DNA of 64,000 bases from Nitratireductor sp. (GCA_041397525.1 JAWKWL010000006.1:191064-255063); one strand, 5' to 3'; numbered from the stretch's first letter, positions 37,557 through 46,534 are shown. The notes: generated by a model from the letters alone, not told the origin. Made by a program: numbers and translations.

Positions 37557-40470
37557 CCCAGTTGTCTGCGGCGCGGACATCAACCTGCAGCGGCACGCTC
37601 AGGGACAAGGCGGGAAATGGCGCATCGACCATCACCTTGCGGATGACCGGGATAGTGGCCTCCACTTCTTCCTCTGCAGTCTCGAAGATCAGTTCGTCAT
37701 GCACCTGCAGCAGCATGCGGGCTGACAGCCCTTCCTTGAGCAATGCCGCTTCCATGCGAACCATCGCGCGCCGGATGATGTCGGCAGCCGAACCCTGGAT
37801 CGGCGCATTGATGGCGGCGCGCTCATTGAAAGCCCGCACCTGCGGATTGGAAGCAGCAATCTCGGGATAATGCGCCCGGCGGCCGAAAATGGTTTCGACA
37901 TAACCATGCTCGCGGGCGAAGCGCCTGGTCTCGTCCATATAACCGCGAATACCGGGAAAGCGCTCGAAATAGGTCTTGATATAGGCAGACGCCTCTTCAC
38001 GCGGGATCGACAGCTGGTTGGCAAGGCCAAAGGCGGAAATGCCGTAGATGATGCCGAAATTGATCGCCTTGGCGCGACGGCGGATCATCGGGTCCATGCC
38101 TTCGACCGGAACACCGAACATTTCCGATGCGGTCATCGCGTGAATGTCGAGACCATCGGCAAAAGCCTGGGTGAGCTGCGGTATGTCGGCAATATGGGCC
38201 AGCACCCGCAATTCGATCTGCGAATAGTCGGCGGAAATCAGCTTGTTGCCTCTTTCAGCCACAAAGGCTGTCCTGATCTTGCGGCCTTCGGCTGTACGCA
38301 CCGGAATGTTTTGCAGGTTCGGCTCGGACGAGGACAGGCGCCCCGTCGAGGTGGATGCCATGGCGTAGGATGTGTGCACGCGCTTCGTGCGGGGATGGAT
38401 GAAACCGGGCAGGGCATCGGTATAGGTGGATTTCAATTTGGTCAGCTGGCGCCAGAACACAATCTTGCGTGGCAGTTCATGACCCTCGCCCGCAAGGTCC
38501 TCCAGCACCTGCGCCGAGGTAGACCACTGGCCAGTCTTGGTTTTCGAGGCGCCGGGCAGGTTCATCTTGCCGAACAGGATTTCGCCAAGCTGTTTGGGCG
38601 AGCCGATATTGAAGCGCTCTCCGGCAAGCTGGTAGATTTCCTCCTCAAGCCCGGCTGCTGCCTGTGCCAGTTCGCCCGAAAGGCGCGACAGGATCTGCCG
38701 GTCAACGCTGATGCCGCGCTGTTCCATGCGGGCGAGTACGTCAACCAGCGGGCGTTCCAGCCGCTCATAGACGGTTGTCATGCCCTCGGCGGCAAGGCGT
38801 GGCTTCAATATCCGCCACAGCCGGAAGGTCACGTCGGCGTCCTCGGCGGCGTAGTGCGTCGCCTTGTCGATTTCGACCATGTCGAAGGTTACGGAGGATT
38901 TGCCGCTGCCGGTCAGTGACTTGTAGGAAATCGGCTCGTGGCCGAGCCAGCGTTTTGACAATTCGTCCATGCCGTGGCTGTTGGTTCCCGCATCGAGCAC
39001 ATAGGACATCAGCATCGTGTCGTCGAACGGGCGCAAGTCCACGCCGTGTTCCTTGAAGACCAGCCAGTCATATTTCATGTTCTGGCCGATCTTCAGGATC
39101 GCCGGGTCTTCGAGCAGCGGCTTGAGTGCGCCGAATACTTCCCGCTCGCCCAACTGGCCCTCGACCAGCCCGCCGCCCAGCAGATCACCGCTGCCGGATT
39201 TGTGCGCGAGCGGGATATAGCAGGCGCGGCCGGGAGCCGTGGCGAGCGAAATGCCGACCAGTTCTGCCTGCATCGGATCGAGCGAAGTGGTTTCGGTATC
39301 AACCGCAACCACGCCCTTTTCGCGGATTTCAGCAATCCAGCGATCAAGCGCTGCGGCATCGCGGATGCATTCATAGGCGGCGGTGTCGAAGGGCTGCGGC
39401 TCGCTCTGGCGCAGCGCCACCAGCGAAGCGGGGGTGTTGACATCCGCATTTGCTGGCGCTGCCGGACCGGGATCGGAAGTTTTTGCCGACGCAGCCGGAG
39501 CAGCGGGTTCGAGATCGGGGCCGCGCTGCGCCTCGAAGCCATTGACGGCGACCACGGCAGGCTCAACGGCCGAGGCATCGGTGCCGGTAGCCTCAGCAAC
39601 GCGGCGTGTGAGCGAGGTGAATTCCATCGCCTTGAGAAAGGCCACAAGCTGCGGGCCGTTGGCCGGTTCCAGCGCCAGCGCATCAAGCGGCACGTCGAGC
39701 GGTACGTCATCCTTCAGCGTGACGAGTTGCTTCGAGATGCGGGCGAGGCCTGCATGTTCGATCAGGTTTTCGCGCCGCTTCTGCTGCTTGATCTCCGACG
39801 CCCTTTCGAGCAGGGTTTCGAGATCGCCATATTCCTCGAGCAATTGCGCGGCGGTCTTGGGGCCGATGCCGGGAACGCCGGGAACATTGTCGGTTGAATC
39901 ACCCGACAGGGCCTGGAGATCGATCATCTTTTCCGGTGGCACACCCCATTTCTCGATCACTTCCGGGATGCCGAGCCGCTTGTCCTTCATCTGGTCATAG
40001 AGAATGACATTGGGGCCGACGAGCTGCATCAGATCCTTGTCGGAGGAAATGATCGTCACATCGCCGCCCGCCTCGCGCGCCTGCCTTGCATAGGTGGCGA
40101 TGAGATCATCGGCCTCGAAATCCTTCATCTCGATGCAGGGCACGTTGAAGGCAATGGTCGCCTGGCGGATGATCGCGAATTGCGGGCGCAGGTCTTCAGG
40201 CGGCTCGGGGCGGTTGGCCTTGTATTGCGGATAGAGCTCGTTGCGGAAGGTCTTCGAGGAATAGTCGAAAATCACGGCGAAATGCGTTGGTGTCACGCCC
40301 ACGGAAGTGTCGCGCGTGTCCTTCATCAGTTTCCACATCATGTTGCAGAAACCCGAGACCGCGCCCACCGGCAGGCCGTCAGACTTGCGCGTGAGCGGAG
40401 GCAGCGCATGATAGGCGCGGAAGATATAGGCCGAACCGTCGACAAGGAAGAGATGGTCACCGGCTTTCAT
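37543..40470 (-). CDS. polA: DNA polymerase I
   Basis: MKAGDHLFLVDGSAYIFRAYHALPPL (5'-3' exonuclease), VAVDTETTSLD (3'-5' exonuclease), and polymerase motifs DYSQIELRVLAH and QVHDELIFE. ATG at 40470. Confidence 0.95.
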   Translation of the reverse strand: MKAGDHLFLVDGSAYIFRAYHALPPLTRKSDGLPVGAVSGFCNMMWKLMKDTRDTSVGVTPTHFAVIFDYSSKTFRNELYPQYKANRPEPPEDLRPQFAIIRQATIAFNVPCIEMKDFEADDLIATYARQAREAGGDVTIISSDKDLMQLVGPNVILYDQMKDKRLGIPEVIEKWGVPPEKMIDLQALSGDSTDNVPGVPGIGPKTAAQLLEEYGDLETLLERASEIKQQKRRENLIEHAGLARISKQLVTLKDDVPLDVPLDALALEPANGPQLVAFLKAMEFTSLTRRVAEATGTDASAVEPAVVAVNGFEAQRGPDLEPAAPAASAKTSDPGPAAPANADVNTPASLVALRQSEPQPFDTAAYECIRDAAALDRWIAEIREKGVVAVDTETTSLDPMQAELVGISLATAPGRACYIPLAHKSGSGDLLGGGLVEGQLGEREVFGALKPLLEDPAILKIGQNMKYDWLVFKEHGVDLRPFDDTMLMSYVLDAGTNSHGMDELSKRWLGHEPISYKSLTGSGKSSVTFDMVEIDKATHYAAEDADVTFRLWRILKPRLAAEGMTTVYERLERPLVDVLARMEQRGISVDRQILSRLSGELAQAAAGLEEEIYQLAGERFNIGSPKQLGEILFGKMNLPGASKTKTGQWSTSAQVLEDLAGEGHELPRKIVFWRQLTKLKSTYTDALPGFIHPRTKRVHTSYAMASTSTGRLSSSEPNLQNIPVRTAEGRKIRTAFVAERGNKLISADYSQIELRVLAHIADIPQLTQAFADGLDIHAMTASEMFGVPVEGMDPMIRRRAKAINFGIIYGISAFGLANQLSIPREEASAYIKTYFERFPGIRGYMDETRRFAREHGYVETIFGRRAHYPEIAASNPQVRAFNERAAINAPIQGSAADIIRRAMVRMEAALLKEGLSARMLLQVHDELIFETAEEEVEATIPVIRKVMVDAPFPALSLSVPLQVDVRAADNWDEAH

Positions 40471-40630
40471 GGGTGGCTCCAGGCGCGAGGGATTTTCTTG
40501 GGCCGATCGGGCCGATGCAGCGATTTGCGGGCACGATTGCCCACACTGCCGGCAAATGCAAGGCACATGAACCCGGCTTATGGACAATATGGCAGCAAGC
40601 GGTAATGTCGCGCCAAAGGGAGGATGCCGG

Positions 40631-41230
40631 ATGACCAGCCAGGAACGGACCGTAGAGTTCTTTTTCGACGTGATTTCACCAGCCAGCTATCTGGCGTGGA
40701 AACAATTGCCAAAACTGGTGGAGGAGACCGGTGCGAAAATCATCTACCGACCGATGTTCCTGCCTGGCCTGTTCAAGGAAGCGGGCAGTTCCAGCCCGAT
40801 CACGGTGCCGAACAAGGGCAAATGGCTGTTTCATGATCTGAGGCGCTTTGCCAAGCGGCTGGGCGTCAAGTTCTGGATGAACGAACATTTCCCGCTCAAT
40901 TCGGTGCATGTGATGCGCGGGCTGCTCGCTTATGTCGATGATCCGCGGTTTCTGGCGCTTACCGATGGCTTCATGGATGCGATGTGGGCCGACAATCGCG
41001 ACCTGACGGATGCCGGCGTGATCAGCGAGATCGTGAGTGCTGCCGGAATTGACCCGCAGGAATATGCAAGCCGCTCAACCGACCCGGCGATCAAGCACCA
41101 ACTCATCGAGGTAAGCGCGGAAGCCGCAAAGCGCGGCGCCTTCGGCGCGCCGACCTTCTTTGTCGGCAAGGAAATGCATTGGGGCCAGGACAGGATGGAT
41201 TTCGTAAAGGAAGCGTTGTTGGCGGGGTAG
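40631..41230 (+). CDS. 2-hydroxychromene-2-carboxylate isomerase / DsbA-like thioredoxin-fold protein
   Basis: VEFFFDVISPASYLAW..........I.YRP..L.GLFK........VPNKGKW...DL.R.A...G......HFP.NS......GAFGAPTFFVG.EMHWGQDRMDFV. ATG at 40631 with GGGAGGA upstream. Confidence 0.75.
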   Translation: MTSQERTVEFFFDVISPASYLAWKQLPKLVEETGAKIIYRPMFLPGLFKEAGSSSPITVPNKGKWLFHDLRRFAKRLGVKFWMNEHFPLNSVHVMRGLLAYVDDPRFLALTDGFMDAMWADNRDLTDAGVISEIVSAAGIDPQEYASRSTDPAIKHQLIEVSAEAAKRGAFGAPTFFVGKEMHWGQDRMDFVKEALLAG

Positions 41231-41340
41231 GGGGTTGGTAGCGGACTTTCTGCCGACCACCGTTCAATGGCAGCTGTGGGGACCCTTCTGCCGTTCACAT
41301 TTTACTGCCGCATTATCAATATTTGCGGTAGACATACCCT

Positions 41341-42087
41341 ATGACCCGAACAGTATTTCACTCACTCATATTTCTTTTTCTGACGCTTCTTACACAACTA
41401 GGGGGATTGGCGTGGCTTTTTGCTATTTGTTTTAGGCGGCGCGTACTGGTTTTTGCCTCGGCTTACTTTGCGCTATCAATCGGTGCGCTCATGGTCGCTC
41501 CGATGTTTGGACGTGAACCAATTCCCTGCATGTCCAAAGGCACTTTCAAAATGCAATCGACATTGTATTGTGCATTGAACAGACAATACGTAACGCCCGA
41601 GCTTAAAACGGTGTTGCAGGATTTCTCAACCAAAATGGAACAGAAATTTCCTCAAACAACAACTCTTGTCCTAGATCCAAATTTTCCTTTTTATTTCAGG
41701 CTTTCCGTTGCTGCCTCATATTTCGCACAATGACGGTCGCAAAGTTGATCTCGCATTCTTTTACCAAGATGATAGTGGTTTTCTATCTGGAACCACCAAA
41801 TCGCCAATCGGGTACTTTGCGTTTGAAGATGGACCGACCGACTGTCCTAACAGTAGAAGCTAACCTTGAGGTGGGATTTGGCTTGGTTGCAAGGGTTTTG
41901 GCCAGACTACCAATTAGAGCCGCTACGCATGGCAACAGCTTTACAGTTGTTGAGTGATGATGAACGTGTTGGAAAGGTTTTTATTGAACCGCACCTGAAA
42001 TCACGCTTTCAGGCGGATAATTCGAAAGTCAGATTTCAAGGTTGCAGAGCTGCTCGTCACGACGATCATATTCACCTTCAACTGTAA
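41341..42087 (+). pseudogene. membrane-anchored LAS/peptidase-M15-like zinc hydrolase gene disrupted by two frameshifts
   Basis: Three track ORFs/frames join into one protein. Frame 1 (41341-41690) reads ...LDPNFPF. Frame 2 (41691-41860) reads ISGFPLLPHISHNDGRKVDLAFFYQDDSGFLSGTTKSPIGYFAFEDGPTDCPN. Frame 1 again (41857-42087) reads LRWDLAWLQGFWPDYQ...RAARHDDHIHLQL*. The first shift is in a T5 run at 41688-41692. About 40% GC. Confidence 0.7.
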
Positions 42088-42224
42088 CATTAGCCACATT
42101 CACTAAGGCCTCAAAGCCGCCATTGGTGAGCACACGCAGCGAACGCCTCGTCCCGTCAGTCTTGATCTTACAATGCGGCGCGTTGGCACGACCTATCTCA
42201 TGTAAGGAAGGATTGCTGGCCTCT

Positions 42225-42660
42225 GCCCCCCTACCCCACCTCAATCTCCGGCTCGTAACCCACCGGGAAGTTCACTGATCTGGCGATGAAGCAGTATTGG
42301 TGCACTTCGTGGTGGATCTGTTCGGCGCGGGCGGTGTCGCCGCCCTTGGCAATCATGATCCTGGGCCGCAGGGTCGCGGAGAGAAACCGGCCAGCGCCAT
42401 TGCGTGCGGTTTCACCCACTCCAACCGGTTCGTCGCGATAGCTGGTGACAACAATGCCCGCATTGGCGCACAGATGCAGGTACCAAAGCAGGTGGCAGGC
42501 GGACAGCGCCGCGAGCAGCATGTCCTCGGGATTGTATCTGGCCGGATCGCCGCCCAGTAGCGGGTCGTTCGAGCAGTGCAAGACCGGCTTGCCGGGGCTT
42601 TCGAGGTCCGGTCATAGGCCCTGTGGGCGCTGGTGCCCGTGCCGCGATTGCCGGTCCAGG
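42225..42660. repeat. direct repeat copy 1 (436 bp) of the OsmC region
   Basis: Aligns with 46056..46498 base by base, including a run of about 150 bp of perfect identity (CGTAACCCACCGGGAAGTTCACTGATCTGG...CCAGCGCCATTGCG), then scattered SNPs and one 7-nt indel. Confidence 0.9.
42231..42656 (-). pseudogene. OsmC-family peroxiredoxin-like gene remnant: 5'-truncated and frameshifted copy of 46061..46534
   Basis: About 95% identical to the intact copy. It lacks the first 12 codons and start codon, and carries a 7-nt deletion at about 42606 (GGTCC[CAGGTCC]GGTC in the intact copy), splitting ISWTGNRGTGTS...YDRT and HCSNDPLLGG... into different frames. Confidence 0.8.
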
Positions 42661-42716
42661 AAATGCACTGGAGCCAGGACCGGATGGATTTCGTGAAGGA
42701 AGCGCTATCGGGCTGA
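42657..42716 (+). pseudogene. 3'-terminal remnant (last 19 codons + stop) of a second DsbA-like/HCCA-isomerase gene
   Basis: CAG GAA ATG CAC TGG AGC CAG GAC CGG ATG GAT TTC GTG AAG GAA GCG CTA TCG GGC TGA = QEMHWSQDRMDFVKEALSG*. Compare KEMHWGQDRMDFVKEALLAG* at the end of 40631..41230. Confidence 0.75.
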
Positions 42717-43025
42717 GGCGGAAGAGGGAGATGGCCTTGCGGCGGTTCCAATGCAGCCGGCCAGTTGCCCGGGCAGAACCAGCAGGGCACCGCTCGCATA
42801 GAGGCGTTTTGCGAAGTCGGGCTCGCTGGAAACCAGTGTTACGCTCCATCCAGTGTATCCAATGATGGAAACATCATCGGGTAGATGTTGCATCAGACCC
42901 GGTACCGGAAACAGGACAACATGCGCAGGCGCTTCATCGATGAACAAAGTCACACCAGCCAGAACTGCAATCCACGCTGTGAACAGCAAAGGCATCTGAT
43001 AGAGAATTGAACCCCTAATAGTCAT
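42705..43025 (-). CDS. hypothetical small membrane-anchored protein (last gene of the four-gene operon)
   Basis: MTIRGSILYQMPLLFTAWIAVLAGVTLFI... has one TM helix then a soluble part. ATG at 43025 overlaps the upstream gene by 11 nt. The stop lies inside the isomerase-gene remnant. Confidence 0.45.
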   Translation of the reverse strand: MTIRGSILYQMPLLFTAWIAVLAGVTLFIDEAPAHVVLFPVPGLMQHLPDDVSIIGYTGWSVTLVSSEPDFAKRLYASGALLVLPGQLAGCIGTAARPSPSSASAR

Positions 43026-44061
43026 GAATGTGTTCCAGCGTCGCTCCAATTTTTGACAGATCGCGCAGTCTTTGCGCGAGTTCTGACACTTTCACGATCA
43101 CCAAGTGCCGATAGTCGCCGAATCCCTGTCGGGGCTCGCTGTCTACTGCACCCGAAAACCGTGGATCTTTCGACAATACGCTAAAAAGAATGTCATCGTT
43201 TCCGGCTATCTCGACAAAATCATGCCCTGACAGTGCCAAATCGAGCAATATCCGGGTGAGCGCTCGATAGCGCGGGGTCTCCATAACAATGCCCTGTGGC
43301 AATTCCCCGACAATTCTGGTGTTGTCGGCGGGTGGCAGGATACCTCGTGGTGCCACTATCAGTTGCAATGAGAGTTCGTCTTTTCCGGTGGCGTCCACTG
43401 CGGACGCTATTGCCGCTGCGTATTCAGCCTTGGCCCGATATTCGATACCCAAGGCAAATTGCCGTTCGCGATCACGGAAACCAGTCGGTTGCAATGCACC
43501 GATCTCCGCGGAAGCCTCCCGAAACCGCCACTTGTACCATGGTACCTGCTGCAAGAAGTCAGCGTATTCCCTTGATTGCCTGGCTGACAGCTCATCCGTC
43601 GGCGCGCGCTCATGCCCGCGAATGAAAACGGCAAAACGGCCGATGGTGTTTTCGTATACCGATTTCAGCAGCAACTCGACCGTGAAACTCAAGCCTATGA
43701 CATGCACCATCAACCTGGTTGAACCATCCACCGGTCCGAAACGCGCAGACGCCTCGTTGAGTTTGCAAAGTGAAGACCAGAAGCCGCCGATACTGTTCAA
43801 ATAACGGAAATCATGGGGATCCCCGGTCCGTATCACCTCAGCATAGTCCTCATAGGCGTGCACGATCTGCCATTCCGGAAATGTCATGAGAGTTCGGGTT
43901 TCCACCCGGTGATATCGGGACTCCAAGATTGCCTGATAGGGACTCGCCTTCCCGGTTCCGACGCACAGTGTTTCAACATATGTGACGGGTGTCATCAGGC
44001 CCAGCAACACAAGCAGTAGCAGTACAGCACCGCGTTTGAGCCATTTCCAGACCGATTTCAT
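43015..44061 (-). CDS. hypothetical protein with N-terminal TM/signal anchor (348 aa), no family recognised
   Basis: MKSVWKWLKRGAVLLLLVLLGLMTPV..., long non-repetitive ORF. 4-nt overlap with the upstream gene. Lower GC than the flanks. Confidence 0.6.
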   Translation of the reverse strand: MKSVWKWLKRGAVLLLLVLLGLMTPVTYVETLCVGTGKASPYQAILESRYHRVETRTLMTFPEWQIVHAYEDYAEVIRTGDPHDFRYLNSIGGFWSSLCKLNEASARFGPVDGSTRLMVHVIGLSFTVELLLKSVYENTIGRFAVFIRGHERAPTDELSARQSREYADFLQQVPWYKWRFREASAEIGALQPTGFRDRERQFALGIEYRAKAEYAAAIASAVDATGKDELSLQLIVAPRGILPPADNTRIVGELPQGIVMETPRYRALTRILLDLALSGHDFVEIAGNDDILFSVLSKDPRFSGAVDSEPRQGFGDYRHLVIVKVSELAQRLRDLSKIGATLEHIHDY

Positions 44062-44462
44062 GTTGAGGCCGTCCGAAATCCGGCAAAAGTGGCAAAACCA
44101 CCCAATGCGAGATGCGGCAGGTTTGCCAGAAACCTGAAAACCGAGAAATCCGGACCAAGGGACTGATTGGTGAAAATTCCCAGATCCAGAAACCCGTATC
44201 CTGTGAAAAAGCCGAAAATTCCGTCACCCAGATATGCAAGCCCGAAAAGAATAAGGAAATTTCTCGCCGCACGCACCGATATCAAGGCTGCTGTCAGCGC
44301 CCAGACCGCCGAAGCAACATGCAGGGAATCATCATAGATATCGAGGGCGAAGATGCCAAAGGCCAGACCGTTTGCGTCGGTCAGACCTGGAATGTAGTTC
44401 AGCAGCGCTGCAAACAACAGTGCAACAAAATAGAACAAGCAGATTTTTTGTGACGCCGTCAT
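44058..44462 (-). CDS. small polytopic membrane protein (about 4 TM; reminiscent of DUF4383)
   Basis: 134 aa: ICLFYFVALLFAALLNYIPG...GIFALDIYDDSLHVASAVWALTAALIS...LILFGLAYLGDGIFGFF...HLALGGFATFAGF. 4-nt overlaps on both sides. Confidence 0.55.
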   Translation of the reverse strand: MTASQKICLFYFVALLFAALLNYIPGLTDANGLAFGIFALDIYDDSLHVASAVWALTAALISVRAARNFLILFGLAYLGDGIFGFFTGYGFLDLGIFTNQSLGPDFSVFRFLANLPHLALGGFATFAGFRTAST

Positions 44463-45961
44463 AGCTTACCCAGATATTTTTCCCAAAGATTGTTGCGAAG
44501 CACGAGACTTGAATCCAACTGCCGTTTTTCCCGAACGAATTGACCGGCATTGGAATAGCACGAAACGAACTGATCCAACCCGGCATGCGGCCGATAGGGC
44601 AGATAGTATGTACCGCCAATCGCCGTTATCCGTTCGATCAATGCGGTTGTCATGCGTGCCATGTCAGCCTCGGCGCGCATGGTCATTTCCTGCGAGAATG
44701 ACATGACGGCGGCAATTCGGGGCACTGTTGCATAGGCAAGCACGCTATGATCATCCTTTCCGACATAGCGAAGTGTAACGTTGAGGAATTCTTGATAGGA
44801 CGCAGGAATTACCTCCCGGCAGATCGTCAGGAATTCATCAAATCGATCCAGACCGACAAAATATTCATGCAAGATATCGGTGCGGTCAGGATTACGGTCA
44901 TCGAGGGTGACTACTGGCTCATTAATGAGGCTGTTGCGCGTTACCTCACCACCACCAAGGGCTGGCCCCAGGAATGTTTCATTCCACCATCGAAACGATT
45001 TCATCGGTTCATCGCCCAGTTGACCGCGGTAGATCCGGCTTGCCACATGCGACATCCATCCAGATCCCGAGGCAGCCGGCAAACCGGATTGATCATTCGT
45101 TTCGCGATAGGTGACAAGAATTGCTTCGGAAAAGAATTTCGCACGTTCAACATTCAGACGACCATAGGCCATTGTGACAGCCGCGTCGCTGATCGCGCTG
45201 CCAAAGGCAGCGGCCCAGCTTGCGGCGGGCATCACTTCCACAGTCGGTACGAGTCGGCTGTTTCTCACCATCTCGACTTCAAGATCGACAATGACACCAA
45301 TCAGCCCATATCCCCCCATTGCCAGATTGAAGAGATCCACATTTTCGGTCGGCGAACAGGTCACAAGCTCGCCAGAAGGAAGCACCATTCGCAAACTTCT
45401 CACTGTCGAACCCATCGGGCCAAACGGGACAGGCCAGCCATGGGCATTGACGCTGAAGGTCGCCGCCACTCCAAAGTCATTGTTTGATTGCATCACCTTC
45501 GGCGAAAATCCTGCCGGATCGAGCGCATTTATTATTTGTGACCACCGTGCACCCGCGTGCACCCGATAGGTCTGGTTTCCGCTATCCAGCTCAACCATGT
45601 CATTGTCGAAAGTAATGGCTGTTCCGTTTCGGGGAATTGCCTGTCCACCCATCGAGTGGCGCGCAGCACCCACATTCAAGGGACGCCCAGCAGCCCTGGC
45701 TTCCGCAAGTTCACGGCGAATATCGGAAACGAGCACATTACCAGCATCGCCATTCAGAACGATGTGTTTATGAACAGGTGTAAGTGACAGTCCGCTTGCA
45801 TCATTGAGCATGCCCTCAGAAGGTGTGGCCACCAATGATGCTGTTCCGTCCAAGCTCGGCAGGTTCGGGCGCAGCAAGCCAGAGAGCGACCATCCGCCCA
45901 GCCCCCCGAGTCCCAGCAAGGCAGTACGTCTTGTTAGTTTTCCCAAGGCTTCCATCCCCAA
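44459..45961 (-). CDS. FAD-binding (PCMH/VAO-type, FAD_binding_4) oxidoreductase with twin-arginine signal peptide
   Basis: N-terminal LTRRTALLGLGGLGGWSLSG (Tat-like RR motif). AARHSMGGQA, VMQSNNDFGVAATFSVNAHGW and NLAMGGYGLIGVIVDLEVEMV are typical of VAO-family flavoproteins. 500 aa. Confidence 0.7.
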   Translation of the reverse strand: MGMEALGKLTRRTALLGLGGLGGWSLSGLLRPNLPSLDGTASLVATPSEGMLNDASGLSLTPVHKHIVLNGDAGNVLVSDIRRELAEARAAGRPLNVGAARHSMGGQAIPRNGTAITFDNDMVELDSGNQTYRVHAGARWSQIINALDPAGFSPKVMQSNNDFGVAATFSVNAHGWPVPFGPMGSTVRSLRMVLPSGELVTCSPTENVDLFNLAMGGYGLIGVIVDLEVEMVRNSRLVPTVEVMPAASWAAAFGSAISDAAVTMAYGRLNVERAKFFSEAILVTYRETNDQSGLPAASGSGWMSHVASRIYRGQLGDEPMKSFRWWNETFLGPALGGGEVTRNSLINEPVVTLDDRNPDRTDILHEYFVGLDRFDEFLTICREVIPASYQEFLNVTLRYVGKDDHSVLAYATVPRIAAVMSFSQEMTMRAEADMARMTTALIERITAIGGTYYLPYRPHAGLDQFVSCYSNAGQFVREKRQLDSSLVLRNNLWEKYLGKL

Positions 45962-46055
45962 CCCAATGACGTTTGGATCACCAAACTATCACGACTGTGC
46001 GTGTTTGAACTACTTGCCGCTGAATCAATTCTCCAATTGCCAGCCAGGGTGTTAT

Positions 46056-46498
46056 GCCCCCTACCCCACCACAATTTCCGGTTCGTAACCCACCGGGAAG
46101 TTCACTGATCTGGCGATGAAGCAGTATTGGTGCACTTCGTGGTGGATCTGTTCGGCGCGGGCGGTGTCGCCGCCCTTGGCAATCATGATCCTGGGCCGCA
46201 GGGTCGCGGAGAGAAACCGGCCAGCGCCATTGCGCGCGGTTTCACCCACCCCCACCGGTTCGTCGCGATAGCTGGTGACCACGATGCCCGCATTGGCGCA
46301 CAAATGCAGGTACCACAGCATGTGGCAGGCAGACAGCGCCGCCAGCAGCATGTCCTCGGGATTGTATTTCGCCGGATCGCCACCCAGGAGGGGATCGTTC
46401 GAGCAATGCAAGACCGGCTTGCCGGGGCTTTCAAGGTCCCAGGTCCGGTCATAGGCCCTGTAGGCGCTCGTGCCGGTGCCGCGATTGCCGGTCCAGGA
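46056..46498. repeat. direct repeat copy 2 (443 bp) of the OsmC region
   Basis: See copy 1. Same orientation, 3.8 kb apart. Confidence 0.9.
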
Positions 46499-46534
46499 GA
46501 TGGTTGCGCTATATTCATGCGTGGAGCCGGTCAT
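46061..46534 (-). CDS. OsmC-family peroxiredoxin-like protein (intact copy)
   Basis: 157 aa: ATISWTGNRGTGTSAYRAYDR...NPEDMLLAALSACHMLWYLHLCA...CFIARSVNFPV. Confidence 0.8.
   Translation of the reverse strand: MTGSTHEYSATISWTGNRGTGTSAYRAYDRTWDLESPGKPVLHCSNDPLLGGDPAKYNPEDMLLAALSACHMLWYLHLCANAGIVVTSYRDEPVGVGETARNGAGRFLSATLRPRIMIAKGGDTARAEQIHHEVHQYCFIARSVNFPVGYEPEIVVG

Noticed and set aside
27685-46534. Mobile-element or defence-system genes (integrase, transposase, IS ends, toxin-antitoxin, restriction, CRISPR) in the two low-GC patches
   Set aside because: I read all ORFs above 60 aa on both strands. None shows integrase, transposase or nuclease motifs. No spaced direct-repeat array is present anywhere in the window. 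The islands are therefore called only by composition, tRNA adjacency and the OsmC repeats.
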